From the NCBI RefSeq assembly GCF_009914755.1, contig NC_060926.1: DNA of 64,000 nt. One strand, 5' to 3'. Shown one piece after another: positions 30,911-47,517 of the stretch (its first letter is position 1; every line of letters begins with the position of its first letter). A model generated the notes under the pieces. The model worked only from the letters and a program-made list of their open reading frames with translations. It made no database searches and was not told the DNA's origin. The stretch comes from the human T2T-CHM13v2.0 reference genome, Homo sapiens. A program made the translations under genes and the position numbers.

Positions 30911-31210
30911 GGCCAGGCTCAGTGGCTCACACCTGTAATCCCAGCACTTTGGGAGGCCAAGGCGGGTGGATCACGAGGTCAGGAGATCGAGACCATCCTG
31001 GCTAACACGGTGAAACCCCGTCTCTACTAAAAATACAAAAAAATTAGCTGCGTGAGGTGGCGGGCGCCTGTAGTCCCAGCTACTCCGGAGGCTGAGGCAG
31101 GAGAACGGGCGTGAACCCGGGAGGTGGAGCTTGCAGTGAGCCGAGATCGCACCACTGCACTCCAGCCTGGGTGACAAAGCGAGACTCCGTCTCAAAAAAA
31201 AAAAAAAAAA
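30911..31210 (+). mobile_element. Alu (AluY-like) with TSD aaaagaa(a/t)caacatata
   Basis: gagatcgagaccatcctggctaacacggtgaaaccccg; CpG-rich, so young. Confidence 0.93.
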
Positions 31211-31663
31211 GAATCAACATATAAGCCCTTGTTCCTCCTGTCCTATGATACATCATAAAGCAGTGCTATTTATTTATTCTTTGGACTAGAGTGCTAATTT
31301 AGGATACTGCGAAATATTCTGAACTGACGCCACATTACCGTAATATTGATTTAGGATCTTGAAAGATATTACTTCTGCCCATCTCAAATACACATGTCTG
31401 TTTGCCCCTTCTCTCCCCAACTCTTCCTTGTCGTAATTTGACCCTATGGTTAAAAAGTGTTGCCTATAGAGTTAAACTGAATAGCTTTCTCCCTTCCTAG
31501 GAACGAATGGAATTTACAGAAAAAAAATTAAATAAAACATCTAGGAAAATCAATGAAAATTCAGGGATCGGAATTGAATATACGATCCTAACAAATAATA
31601 ATCAAATCAGTCTTTGCCTCTTGCATGAAGGAACACATATTTATTTCCCTTAGAAACAGTCTA

Positions 31664-31958
<295 letters not shown>

Positions 31959-32003
31959 TAGAAAAAAAAATGTGTATATAAAATGAACTCCTTTTTTTTT
32001 TTT

Positions 32004-32373
32004 GAGTTCATGTCCTTTGTAGGGACATGGATGAAGCTGGAAACCATCATTCTCAGCAAACTATCACAAGGACAAAAAACCAAACACCGCATGTTCTCAC
32101 TCATAGGTGGGAACTGAACAATGAGAACACTTGGACACAAGAAGGGGAACATCACACACTGGGGCCTGTTGTGGAGTGGGAGGAGGGGGGAGGGGGGAGG
32201 GATAGCATTAGGAGATATACCTAATGTAAATGACGAGTTAATGGGTGCAGCACACCAACATGGCACATGTATACATATGTAACAAACCTGCACGTTGTGC
32301 ACATGTACACTAGAACTTAAAGTATAATAAAAAATATATATATATAGAAAAAAATTAAAAAATAAAGTAAAAA
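32004..32373 (+). mobile_element. L1PA 3' fragment (end of ORF2 plus 3' UTR)
   Basis: gagttcatgtcctttgtagggacatggatgaagctggaaacc...ctagaacttaaagtataataaa and tail; TSD aaaat(g/c)aactcct. Confidence 0.93.
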
Positions 32374-32564
32374 AAAATCAACTCCTAATTTTCAAACTTT
32401 TTCATTTTGACAATAAATTATTACTTTACCAAACATGAGACTTTGTAGTGCGGCCTGAAAGAAATATACTCTTAATATAAGAAAAGGGCTTAAATAATAA
32501 GAATGTGCTAGTAATTCAGAATATTAACTACTTTCTGAACGATGATCATTTTAGTAAATGTTTA

Positions 32565-32705
<141 letters not shown>

Positions 32706-33315
32706 TTAAAAAAAAACAAAACATAAAAATGAGGGCACTGGAATGAGACAAGATAAAAACAATGACAGTTTGATAGACTGAATTCAGAGATTCACTCCAA
32801 CAAAATGCAGGGCATAGCTAGCCTGAGAGTCAAGATTAGCCTCGCCTTCTTCTGTGAGGCTTAGACGGGTTGCCTCTGAAGGAAACACATGATCGGCCGA
32901 AAGAACTAAGGAAATGGCTCCATGATCAAGACAAGACCAAATTACAATGAAAAGAAGTCCTATAACCCTAAACTTCCTCTGGAGACAAAGGACTGGAACT
33001 GAAGGAAAAATCAGGAAAGAGCTTTCAATATCCGGGAACAACGTGCCTCCCCAGGCGAGTTCAACCACTCTCCTCCTCACTCTCTTAGTTTTAGGCACAA
33101 CAGTTCAGTTCCTCATACGTGATGTTCCTTTACTTCTTCCACATCCATGATGTCTTCCTCATTTTTTAGAGATAAGACCCAGTTTCATTTTCTCAGGGAA
33201 GCCTTCCCTGGAATCCCAACTGAAGTTTAGTTGCTTTTTGATAAGCTCTTCATTCAGGACACTTAACTGGATTTAAACTGACATATCCTTTCATGTGCAT
33301 GTCTGTCTTCCATGA

Positions 33316-33656
<341 letters not shown>

Positions 33657-34572
33657 GGAAACTCTGTCCTTATGAGATTAGAAACTCTACTTAAATTTGT
33701 TCACTGCTATATTCCTGCAGGTGCCTAAGAGATATTTGTCACTGTGTAAGTCATAAAAGGTAACTGAGGAAACTCACTCTCTTTATAGTGAAGCACTGTT
33801 TGGCCTTTATATTCTCTGGACTGGGAGTCAAGAAGCATGATTAGCGGTTCCACCAATATTTCTAACTCCCTGTGTATCCTTATGTAGATCACTGGTATTC
33901 ATATGGTGTTTTATTTCCTCAGTCCTGAACTTCATGTCCAGGTAGAGATTTATTCCCTAGAGTAACTAAGGAGGAGGAGTGTTAGCCAGCCCCTTCCTCC
34001 TTCCTCTTGGTGACTAGAGTGTTAGCACGTCAGTCCAATTCTGAAGTTCAATCATTGGAAGCCTACTTACCCATAGATTTGAGCCACATTCTCTAAAATT
34101 GATTTCATTGCTAATACAGATGAACAGGCTTGCTCCATACTGTTCTACAGGCTGTGCACTGCACAATTCCACAGATGCCATTTGCACTATAGTCATGGCG
34201 GCCTCACAGTGATTTTTATCTGTGACCTAATCTTTTGCCTTATTTCACACTTGGTTCAGAACTCAGGCAAGGTGCTCGTTACTGGGCTCTTTTTGCAAAT
34301 TTCAACTGTTGCTTTTCTGATATCCAGCTTCCTTATTTATGAAATAGGGAAGTTAAAATGGATACTCATTAGTCATCTTTTTTCAACAAAAAGCTTCTTT
34401 GAACCTAAAAATTCTCTGAAATTCTGGTGACCAAAAACTGATCTCCCCAAATATTAGCAGTTGGATAAAAATTGATTAAAATAAATATTTTAACCTCAAA
34501 TACTGGGGAAATTCAGTGATTCGGGATCTTTGCAGGAATATAAAAAAGCAAAGTCAGCAGTCTAAAACTAAG

Positions 34573-34900
34573 CTGTCCAATACAGAAGCTACTAACCATA
34601 CATGGCTAGTTAGCACTTGAAATGTGGCCAGTCCAACCTGAGCTGTGCTGTCAGTGTGGAACACACAAGGGATTTCAAAAGCAGGAAGAAGGAGTGGCTT
34701 ATTTGCAAAAGGAATTAGGTTTGCACAATCAGCTCAATTATCTCATTGATAAATGTATATTAACTATATGTTAAAATAAAAATATTTAAATATATTATGT
34801 TAAATCACATAAAGTATGAAAGTTCACTTGTTTTTACTTGTTAAAATGTGTCTACTATATTTTTAAATTGCACATGTGGCTTGCATTACATTTCTACTGT
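34573..34900. mobile_element. MER33/MER3-like hAT relic
   Basis: gctgtccaatacagaagctactaaccacat...cacttgaaatgtggccagtcc...cacatgtggcttgcattacatttcta. Confidence 0.6.
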
Positions 34901-35111
34901 TCAATTCTGGCCTGGAAGATTATCAAGAGTATTATTAGGGGCTAAAGATGAACTTGTGTTTCTTCCTTTTACTTGTCCAACTTTGACCCAAACTTCAGGA
35001 CTCTTTGGGGAAATAAGGACATTTTGGAAGGTAGTCACTTTGTTTGCATAGGAAATAGAAATGGCGGCACAGTACCCCAGACCCTCAAGGGTAAGATAAC
35101 CAAGTTATTCA

Positions 35112-35327
<216 letters not shown>

Positions 35328-35614
35328 TTAGTCAAAGACGAATGTGTATACTGGCTGCTTGACAGCTTCCGAAGAAAAACAATTCAATGACTTGCAAGCA
35401 AGGAATAAAGAGAATTAGAAGAATAAGAAAGTCAATGATAACAGAAATGAAATAGAATGAATCATAATACCAAGTTGAGAAATGGTGTAGATAATGGGTT
35501 GGTAACTGTTAGACAAAATGAACCCAAGCAAAACCTTCCTTCCCTTCAAAGTCATTCCTGTTGAAAATATCATTTTGGGTTTTTGTTTGCATTGCCATCT
35601 TACTGCTTTAATAA

Positions 35615-35808
35615 GATGGATGGATGGATGGATGGATGGATGGATGGATGGATGGATGGATGGATGGATGGATAGGTGGATAGACGGTTGGATGGATAGA
35701 TAAGATGGATGGATGGATGGATATGTGGATAGATGGTTGGATGGACAGATGGATGGATGGATGGATGGATGGATGGATGGATGGATGGATAGACTGATGG
35801 ACAGATAG
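35615..35808 (+). repeat. Compound (GGAT)n tetranucleotide microsatellite
   Basis: Long gatggatggatg runs interrupted by gata/gaca units. Confidence 0.97.
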
Positions 35809-36648
35809 ACAGGCATTTGAGGAAATATGTCTGGTGGGAAAGGAATGTTCACTCGATTAAATTTATAATCCTAATGGAAAACAAGTTCCCACAAATAGGA
35901 ATAAATTGACCCCAATTATATTCCTACTTAGCTTCTGTACTTCTTAGCGCACTTTTGAGAGCTTTATTATTTTCAGTGTATGATCCCTAAAATCCTAAAG
36001 ATTCAAAGATGATGGGCATGTGTCTTTATGGAAGAGTTCTAAGAGCTTGTATGAATGCAATTGCCTGCATTTAGCAAGATATCACACGGAGCCACACTCT
36101 TCTCCCAACTCCCAACCCAGCTCTAGCCTAAACCTACTTGGTCAGCTTAGTAATGACTTCCAACATCTTTCCTTACCAAAGTTTGTCCCTGTGAAGTGAT
36201 GAAAGAAACAACATGTACTGTCAGCAGCACATGAAGAGACTGTTTCTTGTGTGCCACAAGCCTGCATCCTGTCACTCTGGGCTAGTGCCAGTGGTTTATG
36301 TGACAGTTGCTAGAGACCAACAAGGAGGGTGCGATTCCCACTTGCCACCCACTTCTGAAGACATTTGGTCAGCATCAAGCTGGTGATAAGAAACGCTTGC
36401 TTATCAGTTTCTAGCCTGAAGAGACGAGGGTCTAACAGAGCTGAAATTGAAGAGAGGGCCAAGTCCTGGTCCTGGATATGGTCCTGAGAGCCCACCACTA
36501 CCCAAAGTCCCACCCTAACTGTGTCCCACTTATCGACCTGCCAAGCTGATGGGGGGCTGCTTCAGTGCTTCTATTCTGCCACTCTCTGGTCCCACATTCC
36601 TCCAGAGCTGGCAGCATCTAACAAAGGGAGCACTGCCATCCTTTGTCA

Positions 36649-36789
<141 letters not shown>

Positions 36790-36857
36790 TCACATGTTAT
36801 CCTCATTGCATTTGGAAGGTTTTGGTTTAGTTATTGAAAGAAGGGCAAAGCATGCTA

Positions 36858-36995
<138 letters not shown>

Positions 36996-38127
36996 TTAAT
37001 GGGGAAAACAGAATTAATACTATATCTTCTCTTTTCTTGTCCCTGTTATAGTGCCTGAAAAGGAACCACTTCCCAATAGCGGCAGAGGAGTGGCTGGTTC
37101 TGCAGACACCAACAACTGGTTGCAGTGGTGATCCAAATGTCTGCACCATTTCTCTCTTAGGACCTATCACACTGGTCAGCCATAAGTTTTATTTCTTTTA
37201 TAGTTATTTTCCAGATTTTAAAAAACAACAACTTAGAGGCAATACCAACCTCCCACCTCTACAATGGAGAGAGTAAAAACAAATGAGATACAATAAGTAA
37301 TTATGCATAAGTTGCTTTGAAATTTGAGGTGGAAACTGGCATGATTAGAACTATTGTGGAATTTCACACTGGGAAGGAAGGACATCAGTGTTTTCTTGGA
37401 AGGCACACACATTTAATCTATTTGGAGGATCTACTAAATGAATCTTAAGTGACTATATTACTGGATCTTCCAAACTAGAAAGATTTCACCTCTCTCCAAC
37501 AATAAATTCAAACCTAGCAGCACAATTCCTCTTCCCCAGGGTCACTCAAATTTGCATGTTAGGTTTCAGCTACTTTGTCTGATCATAAGCGGTTTTTCTG
37601 AGAAAGTAACGCAACAAATGTGCATTATACTAACAGAACAAGATACACTTGTCAAAGATTAACCTGTTTGCGGTATGAAAATAACAGCAAATTGTGTAGG
37701 TAATTTGTTTTAGCAGTGGCCATAAAAGGATGCTATTAGTACTAATTTGACCCATGTGGTCAAACATAGCATTACTATACTTAATACAAAAATTCTAAAA
37801 TCCCCAGCTATTTACTTGTTAGGATAACATTTTGAAATCTGGCTCAATTGTTCAGAGTACTTTTAGTGGACAGAAAATTCCAAGCAATACCAACAAAAGA
37901 CACTGTTAACCAACCATTCCTTCTTAAATAGGGTTTTCTCAAATGTCCTTTTCATATGTCATTTTCAGCACTAAAAATAGCTCCAATAGTGTGTCTCTAA
38001 CCTAAGCCAGTTTTTTTCAGTTTTGCCTCCAAATCTCATGAAGTGCAGAAATACCAGGGAGGGTACCACTTTCTCTCATGAACCATGGACTGAAGCTCAG
38101 TCTGTTACGAATCGATTAGGTGCTTAC

Positions 38128-38199
38128 CTGAAGCACCTTTAGTTCCTTTCTGACCTTTCAATCCATGCAAGCCGTTCAGGCCAGGTGATCCGGAGGGAC
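38128..38199 (-). CDS. COL4A4: COL4A4 exon 38
   Basis: gtttttcag|GT...CAG|gtaagc; 72 nt; (G)[23 protein letters not shown](G). Confidence 0.97.
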
Positions 38200-39258
38200 C
38201 TGAAAAACACCACAGGCCTGTGACCCAAAGGAAGACCAGCCACCGGTACTCACTCTAGCCACAAACGCAGGCACTGCCCAGCAGAGGGCGCGTTGCTGGG
38301 GCCAGCAAACAGCTCTGAGCGTCTGGACTTCATCATCAGGGTGGAAACCCAGGCCCAGGACTATTTAACACATTCATCCGGTAAAGATTTTCTGCCAAGA
38401 CAGCTTAACACAAACATTTCTTTGGTTTTAAAGTACTGCTGTTGGTTTCTGATCCTATCGTGACCAGATATGGTCTAGAATTACTGAATCTTGGCATAGG
38501 AAGTGACCTTTGATTTTATGACAATAAAATCACCCTACATGAGGAAAGAGATCGGATGGGAGCAAATCCAGGCCTCACACCTCCCAGGCTTGGGGTCACT
38601 GCACCCTCCTAGGGGCTGCAGGCTCTGGTTTCTTCAGGATCTACTCATGGAGATGCAGTCAGACGAGAGGACGCATGGCGCCTGTGGCATGCTGGCAAAT
38701 GCTTGCCCTGCGATGCTCAGGCCTGCATGGCGAGTGTGGCTCCAGCTATTGCTTTGCAGTCACTTCTTTCACAACCATTCTGATGCCTTTCTGCAGAACC
38801 TAAGTTTATTTTGCGATGATCACTGAAAACTCCCGTCTGTGTAAACAGACATTACCCCACTGATGCCTGTGCCTTCTCTCAGAACCTTCTGTTTAGTTCT
38901 CCAAAGAGCCGTCCACCAGCCTGGCTTGACTGAAGTTGTCACTAAACACTTCCAGTGGAAAATTTTTTTTAAGGTTTTTTATCAACGTATGTTGAGTTGT
39001 GTTGAAGTTGTCTGAACGAGAGCCTTTTCAAATGACACTTCTTGATGGCCCTTGGTAAAGTTGGAGGAGGAGAGGCAAGGAAGAAAGCAGGTAAGGAATA
39101 TTTATCGAGCATCTCCAGGGCACTGAGCCATCTGCTGGGTGCCTTCTCACAAGTCCTGTCCCACTGATGGCTACGAGCACTGAAGCTTCTTCCCAGCCTC
39201 TGGTCAAGCCTGGAAAACTTCCTATCTCATCAGTAGATCTTCCACCCAGTAGCTGTTC

Positions 39259-39652
39259 TTTTTTTTTTTTAATTAATTAATTAATTAATTTATTTATTAT
39301 ACTTTAAGTTTTAGGGTACATGTGCACAATGTGCAGGTTAGTTACATATGTATACATGTGCCATGCTGGTGTGCTGCACCCACTAACTCGTCATCTAGCA
39401 TTAGGTATATCTCCCAATGCTATCCCTCCTCCCTCCCCCCACCCCACAACAGTCCCCAGAGTGTGATGTTCCCCTTCCTGTGTCCATGTGTTCTCATTGT
39501 TCAATTCCCACCTATGAGTGAGAATATGTGGTGTTTGGTTTTTTGTTCTTGCGATAGTTTACTGAGAATGATGATTTCCAATTTCATCCATGTCCCTACA
39601 AAGGACATGAACTCATCATTTTTTATGGCTGCATAGTATTCCATGGTGTATA
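39259..39652 (-). mobile_element. Young L1PA (L1PA2/3-like) 3' fragment
   Basis: ttatactttaagttttagggtacatgtgcac...ctaactcgtcatctagcattaggtatatctcccaatgc; has GAG rather than ACA at the L1HS-Ta diagnostic site. Confidence 0.92.
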
Positions 39653-41094
39653 GAGCCTCTCGGTGCACAGCCAGCCTGTTTACTTAGTGTAGGGTCACAT
39701 CTCTCAAATTTGGGATAAAAATACCATCAGCTTATAAGGTTGAACACAGAAGGTGCCCCTCACCTACCCCCATGATATAGGACCCCCTTGATTGTTGATG
39801 TCCACCCCACACTGTGAAACAATCATGTCTTTGGGTGACTGTCTCCCCTGCTCAAGGGTAAATAGGAGTTCAAGACTAGGTCCTATGGATGTGTTCAATA
39901 AATGTTTGTTGAGTGACTGAATGAAAAAATATGGAACAAGGTGGATGAGGGAGAAAGCTACAAAAAGGAGCAGGGTAGAATTTTTATTTGTATGCCATAT
40001 CTTTCTTTAATAGATTTATAGGACAAATATAATTTACAGAAGTTAGAGGTATCAGTTTGCATATAAATAATTCAAGTGCTAATTATTGTCTATTCATTTT
40101 AAGCAAGTCCTCTGTGTATTCTTATTAGAAGCTGGCACAGTTAGTTGCTTCCATTCTATTTATCATCAGTACTTGAAACAGACAGTCATTATTCTTTTAA
40201 GATCTAGGATTTAGATTGGTTCAAATGAGCCATATTCTCGTGCACCAAAAAAAAAAAAAAATGGGAATGCATCTTTATTTTCCCCAAATCTCTTATTCCT
40301 AACCACTTTTTACAGTTCTGGCTTAGTTTATTCTCCAATCCTCTTTCCTATTTTATGAGCCAACGTTTCAAGTTTGCACCAAAAGAACACACAGACCTTC
40401 TTTATCTGCCAAATCTGGGTATTTATTGCAATCTATCTGAAATGATAAATTTTCGGGGGGACCACTTCACTATTTCCACATGTTTTGATCTCCAGCTTTA
40501 GTCACCAAGATTGATGGCTTGGGGACTTGGCTGGGGTGGAATGTCTCTGCTTCTGCCAGCTCTCCATTGTCACATCAACACATCCAGATCCTAGGTTGTC
40601 ACGGTCCCAGCCTCTCGCCATTGTTGAACTGGCCGACCCTTATCTGACCCAATGTTATCGTTCTAAATTGAATGCAGCTACATCTGAGTAGGGTTGTAAG
40701 GGTAATTTTTCCTTTTTACTGAAAGCTTTTTATCAATCCCATCTCTAAATCAGAAAGTTGTTCATGCATAAAATATATACAGTGCAGATGAGAGGCAATT
40801 AGGCTAACAAAGCACATTTCTGGGTAATGAGGAATTTTTATTCACCTCTCTGGTCATCCTCCTGCTAAACAACCATCATTTAAGGCTGCAGCACACTGCA
40901 CTTTCAGGCTGGGTGCTCTTTCTCTAGTCAGTGAATGTAACCTCCAATCCAGCTGGAATTGTGGCTCCCATCTTTGTTAGCCAGCGAACTCTTTATGACT
41001 GCATTCCCACTCTCAGGCTGTATTTTGTTCTAAAGCCTGAAAACATTACTCGACACACCCAAGAGCTTTTATATGGGCTCATACTTTTAACACA

Positions 41095-41211
41095 TAGGGT
41101 GACCAACGTGTCCCTGTTTGCCTGCGACTTCTTCCTGGTTTTAGCACTGAAATTTCTACATCCTGAAATACCCACTCAGGCCCAGGCAAAACGGGACAGC
41201 TGCTCACCCTA
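41095..41211. mobile_element. MER81-like hAT MITE with terminal inverted repeats
   Basis: tagggtgaccaac.tgtccc ... gggacagctgctcacccta. Confidence 0.8.
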
Positions 41212-41802
41212 ACTTCAAAGCTGATGGGAAGAGAGATCTTTGTGACTATAAGTAATGGTTGAAAAACCTGGAAGATTCTTATTAACAAAGATTCTGAAAT
41301 AAGATTTAAATATTTTTTGTATCAGCAAATATGTGAGTGCCCACTAAGGGTGTAAGATATGGTTTCCTAATGCACAGAGTCTGCCCCAAATGTACCTCCT
41401 GGCAGGTGCTGTCAAGACGATGCGGGACAAGTCTGTCCCTGACTTGACAGAACAAACAGGCAATTACATCCAGTGTGGTAAGTGCTGTGGGGGAAGGGCA
41501 GGAGGAGAGTAATCTAGTAAAAAAAGCGGGGGGAGAATATTTCCATGATGTTCATAGCTCTAAGGGACATGGCATCTCTTTTCTGAGGAAAGCCATTTCC
41601 AGATTCTTTTTTCTTATGAAACATTTTACTTGCTACCAGTAAATATGGATACAAAATCCATATTCTTTCCAGTTCTTGTCATGCTACAGGTAATATTCTT
41701 TAGGTTTTCATTATTTCAATCTTATATTACTTTCCAACTAGGAACTGGGTGTTCTCCTTTTAAAGGGCATTTGTACTTAAAGTCTAGGAATCAAGCCATT
41801 TT

Positions 41803-43335
41803 ATGATGATGATGATGACACTTTAAGTTCTGGGATACATGTACAGAATGTGCAGGTTTTTTACATAGGTATACATGTGCCATGGTGGTTTGCTGCACCC
41901 ATCAACCCGACATCTGTATTAGGTATTTCTCCTAATGCTATCCCTCCCCTAGCCTCTCACCCACTGACAGGCCCCAGTGTGTGATATTCCTCTCCCTATG
42001 TCCATGTGTTCTCATTGTTTAGCTCCCACTTATGAGTGAGAACATGTGGTGTTTGGTTTTCTGTTCCTGTGTTAGTTTGCTGAGAATGATGGTTTTCAGC
42101 TTCATCCATGTCCCTGCAAAGGACATGCACTCATCCTTTTTTTATGGCTGCATAGTATTCCATGGTGTACATGTGCCACATTTTCTTTATCCAGTCTATC
42201 ATTGATGGGCATTTGGGTTGGTTCCAAGTCTTTGCTATTGTGAATAGTGCTGCAATAAACATACATTTGCATAGGTCTTTATAGCAGAATGATTTACAAT
42301 CATTTGGGTATAAACCCAGTAATGGGATCACTGGGTCAAATGGAATTTCTGGTTCTAGATCCTTGAGGAATCGCCACACTGTCTTCCACAACAGTTGAAC
42401 TAATTTACACTCCCACCAACAGTGTAAAAGCATTCCTATTTCTCCACATCCTCTCCAGCAACTGTTGTTTCCTGACTTTTTAATGATCTCCATTCTAACT
42501 GGCAATGAGATGGTATCTCATTGTGGTTTTGATTTGCATTTCTCTAATGACCACTGATGATGAGCTTTTATTTTCATATGTTTGTTGGCCGCATAAATGT
42601 CTTTTTGAGAAGTGTCTGTTTATATCCTTCGCCCACTTTTTGATGGGGTTGTTTCTTTCTTGTAAATTTGTTTGAATTCCTTGTAGATTGTCAGATGGAT
42701 AGATTGCAAAAATTTTCTCCCATTCTGTAGGTTGCCTGTTCACTCTGATGATAGTTTCTTTGCTGTGCAGAAGCTCTTTAGTTTAATTAGATCCCATTTG
42801 TCAATTTTGCCTTTTGTTGCCACTGCTTTAGGTGTTTTAGGCATGAAGTCTTTGCCCATGCCTATGTCCTGAATGGTACTGTCTAGGTTTTCTTCTAGGG
42901 TTTTTACAGTTTTAGGTCTTATGTTTAAGTGTTTAATCCGTCTTGAGTTAATTTTTGTATAAGGTGTAAGGAAGGGGTCCGGTTTCAGTATTCTGAATAT
43001 GGCTAGCCAGTTTTTCCAACACCATTTATTAAATAGGGAACCCTTTCCCCATTGCTTGTTTTTGTCAGGTTTGTGGAAGATCAGATGTTTGTAGATGTGT
43101 GGAGTTATTTCTGAGGTCTCTGTTTTGTTCCATTGGTCAAGATATCTGTTTTGGTACCAGTACCATGCTGTTATGGTTACTGTAGCCTTGTACTATAGTT
43201 TGAAATCAGGTAGCCTGATGCCTCTGGCTTTATTCTTTTTGTTTAGGATTGTCTTGGCTATACAGGCTCTTTTTTGGTTCCATTTGAAATTTAAAGTAGT
43301 TTTTTGTAATTATGTGAAGAAAGTCAATGGTAGCT
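41803..43335 (-). mobile_element. 5'-truncated L1PA (about 1.5 kb) with 16-bp TSD
   Basis: Disrupted ORF2p C-terminal peptide ([33 protein letters not shown]); ggaatcaagccatttt at 41787-41802 and 43336-43351. Confidence 0.96.
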
Positions 43336-43877
43336 GGAATCAAGCCATTTTTAGCATATGTTTAAGTTAAAGTTTAAATCTGATTGAACACAAGCAGGAT
43401 GCAAAATCCATATGGCCTGTTCTAGCAGAGCAAACAGCTTTGAGTTCAGCAGCTGGTTTGTTCAAACAAGATAATCAGTCCCCTTGACTTAGTTAGAACA
43501 TACTGCAAATATTTAGTTTCTCAGTTCAAAGTGTTTCTGCTGGAGTGTGGTTCATTTTTATATCAGCATGATAAGCTGCAACAATGAATTTATACTGCAG
43601 ATGTTTTAACTTTTCAGAATGTATTTCACTGTTTTGTTTTGTGTTGTGGTTTTTAAAGACCAGTTGTTCTCTGAGCTGTTTGAAGTGAAACAGTGTCACT
43701 ATATGGTGATGGAGCACCACTGCAACATCTGTCTGTAGGTGGTATGAACATGCCAAGTAATATGTTCATTTCCTCACCTTCTCTTTTTAACACACTATTT
43801 CATAGCACGGAATTATGATGTGATTGGAGATTAATTTTGGGGTGATTTTGTTATGGATCAAATTTATTAGCTATTAG

Positions 43878-44187
<310 letters not shown>

Positions 44188-45075
44188 CTATTAGTTTTGT
44201 AATAGCATGCCATACTGAAGTTATGTGATAAATGCAAACAAATTCAAGGGAAAGAAAGATCAACAACAGTGGCATGAGCCCTGCCATTTTGACCAAATTG
44301 GGTGTATGTTTTTAAGCCACCAAGACACTTAAAAATCCTTGCTGTGTTACTAAACTGGGAGGGTAGGAAGAAGTGGAGGGTAGGAAAAAGTGGGAGTGGT
44401 TAATGATGACAAATGTTTTCTTTTGGTTCTTTACCAACTGTCTTCCGGACACAAAAAAGTGTCAAAGAATACGCCATGAAGGCTGTAGAGATGGTCAGAG
44501 ACAGGAAATGGCCACAATCACCACAGAAACTTTCAAAATAACAGAATGATCATTTGCCTGAAATCCTAAATTTATCATGAATTGCTGGAATTCATATTAC
44601 TAAAAGTGTCAATGAAGACGGAGAACAGTACAAAGATGTCTTGTGAAGGGAACTTTTCCTATCAAGTTATGTGATTGTGTGAAAATACATGAGTATACCA
44701 ACTCTTCAACATAAATGGCTCCTGTCTCCACAGACTTGCACCAAGTAATACCTACCACACTACCACTTCTGGAAAATTAGAATTATTTCAAAGCTATCCA
44801 ATGAGTGAAGAGGGCAAAGTGTGGGAAAATCGTATTTGAATTTTCAAAACAGTAAAAGGATTAATCCCAGAAGAAGGGGTTTCCAACTCAGTACCTTCTG
44901 AAAGGAGGGACTTTTTATTTTACCAGGATTTCGTATACGTATGAGTCAATGAGCAAAGGCAGGTGGAAGGAGAAAGGAAGAAGAAATAGAGGAAACCTGG
45001 TTACAAGACTCTACCAAGTAAGCTGGAACCATCAGCTGTTGGTTCAGATAAGGACTGCAACCTCATATCTACTAG

Positions 45076-45574
<499 letters not shown>

Positions 45575-46087
45575 AAAAAAGTACTTTTTCTAAAGTGGAA
45601 GAAATGGACTGAAGAGGGGTTGATACCATGGATGAATGTGAGGGCATAAAGATTTATTAATGACAAGTATTTTATATTATATTGTATTGTATTATATTAT
45701 ATTATAACCAGACTTTTATAACCAGTCCACTATTGCCTTTACAGACCAAGAAATTCAACCCAGAAAAAATTATTCTTGATCGAAAAAAGATGATGAACAC
45801 TAATTATTCTATATCTGTAGCACCTTATTGTTTTCTCTTCCACTTATCATGATCAGTAAATATATATTCATTTCCACATATATTATTAATGTCTTTCTCT
45901 CCTGCCATACTGTCAGCTCCATGAGGGCAGGAAGCAGGTCTATTTTCTTCAAAACTGTACACCCAGCATCTAGCACAGAATCTAGGATAGTAGGAGCTTA
46001 ACCATAGGTGAAGGGAATACATGAATAATGGGCCTGAACATCATAAAAATCATTTGGCTAAATGCCTTCAGAAATAAGATGGTAGCA

Positions 46088-46637
<550 letters not shown>

Positions 46638-46848
46638 ATGGTAGCACTACCATTCTCCCTGGTAGAAGGCAGGTCAGCTGACTGGATGGGCACTACCTGC
46701 AGCCCTGGCTAAGGAAGAGTAGGAAGATGCTAATGGCACCTACGGAAAAGAGTGGTATAACCAAGAGCAGGGTCACTCACTGGTACAGGAAAAAAACACC
46801 ATCAATTTGCCCTCATTGGGCTGCATCTTTCTTGTGGGATGGGCTTCA

Positions 46849-47013
<165 letters not shown>

Positions 47014-47350
47014 TTACATTCACTGCAAAAGTCATCTATGTTCTTAATATATGGGTAACGGAGAACACTGTCTAATTACTTTTTCTTCCTATACATCTTA
47101 ACTCTAGGGAGAAAAATACATTTAAATTCAGGAGGAGAAAATACATTTCCAAATAAATGAAGTTGCCAACTATAGTTTGAAACTTTCTCTTTTTTTCTGA
47201 ATTGGCAGGAATAGTATCCATTAAAACACTGTGCTGTAAGTGTGACATCTGCCTTAGGTCTAAAGGAGGGGAAAACAAACAAACAAACAAACAAAACAGC
47301 ATCCTGAATGGCAGGAGAAATGCAAAGGGCTAGAAAGGAGCTGCTATCTG

Positions 47351-47517
47351 GGCCAGACACAGTGGCTCATGCCTGTAATCCCGGCACTTTGGGAGGCTGA
47401 GACAGCCTCCCTGAGGTCGGGAGTTTGAGGCTACAGTGAGCTATGATTGTGCCACCACACTCCAGCCTTGTTAATAGAGTGAGGCCCTCTCTCTCTAAAA
47501 GAATAAAAACTAAAAAG
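47351..47517 (+). mobile_element. Monomer-length Alu (FAM/FRAM-like or internally deleted AluJ) with 17-bp TSD
   Basis: aaaggag(c/t)tgctatctg on both flanks. Confidence 0.8.

Noticed and set aside
35415-35852. SIHP-repeat and WMDG-repeat ORFs
   Set aside because: Translations of the (GGAT)n microsatellite.
42131-42743. ORFs with L1 ORF2p similarity
   Set aside because: Fragments of a 5'-truncated, disrupted L1; not a functional gene.
44359-44395. 17-bp tandem duplication ggagggtaggaa(g/a)aagt
   Set aside because: Simple two-copy slippage duplication.
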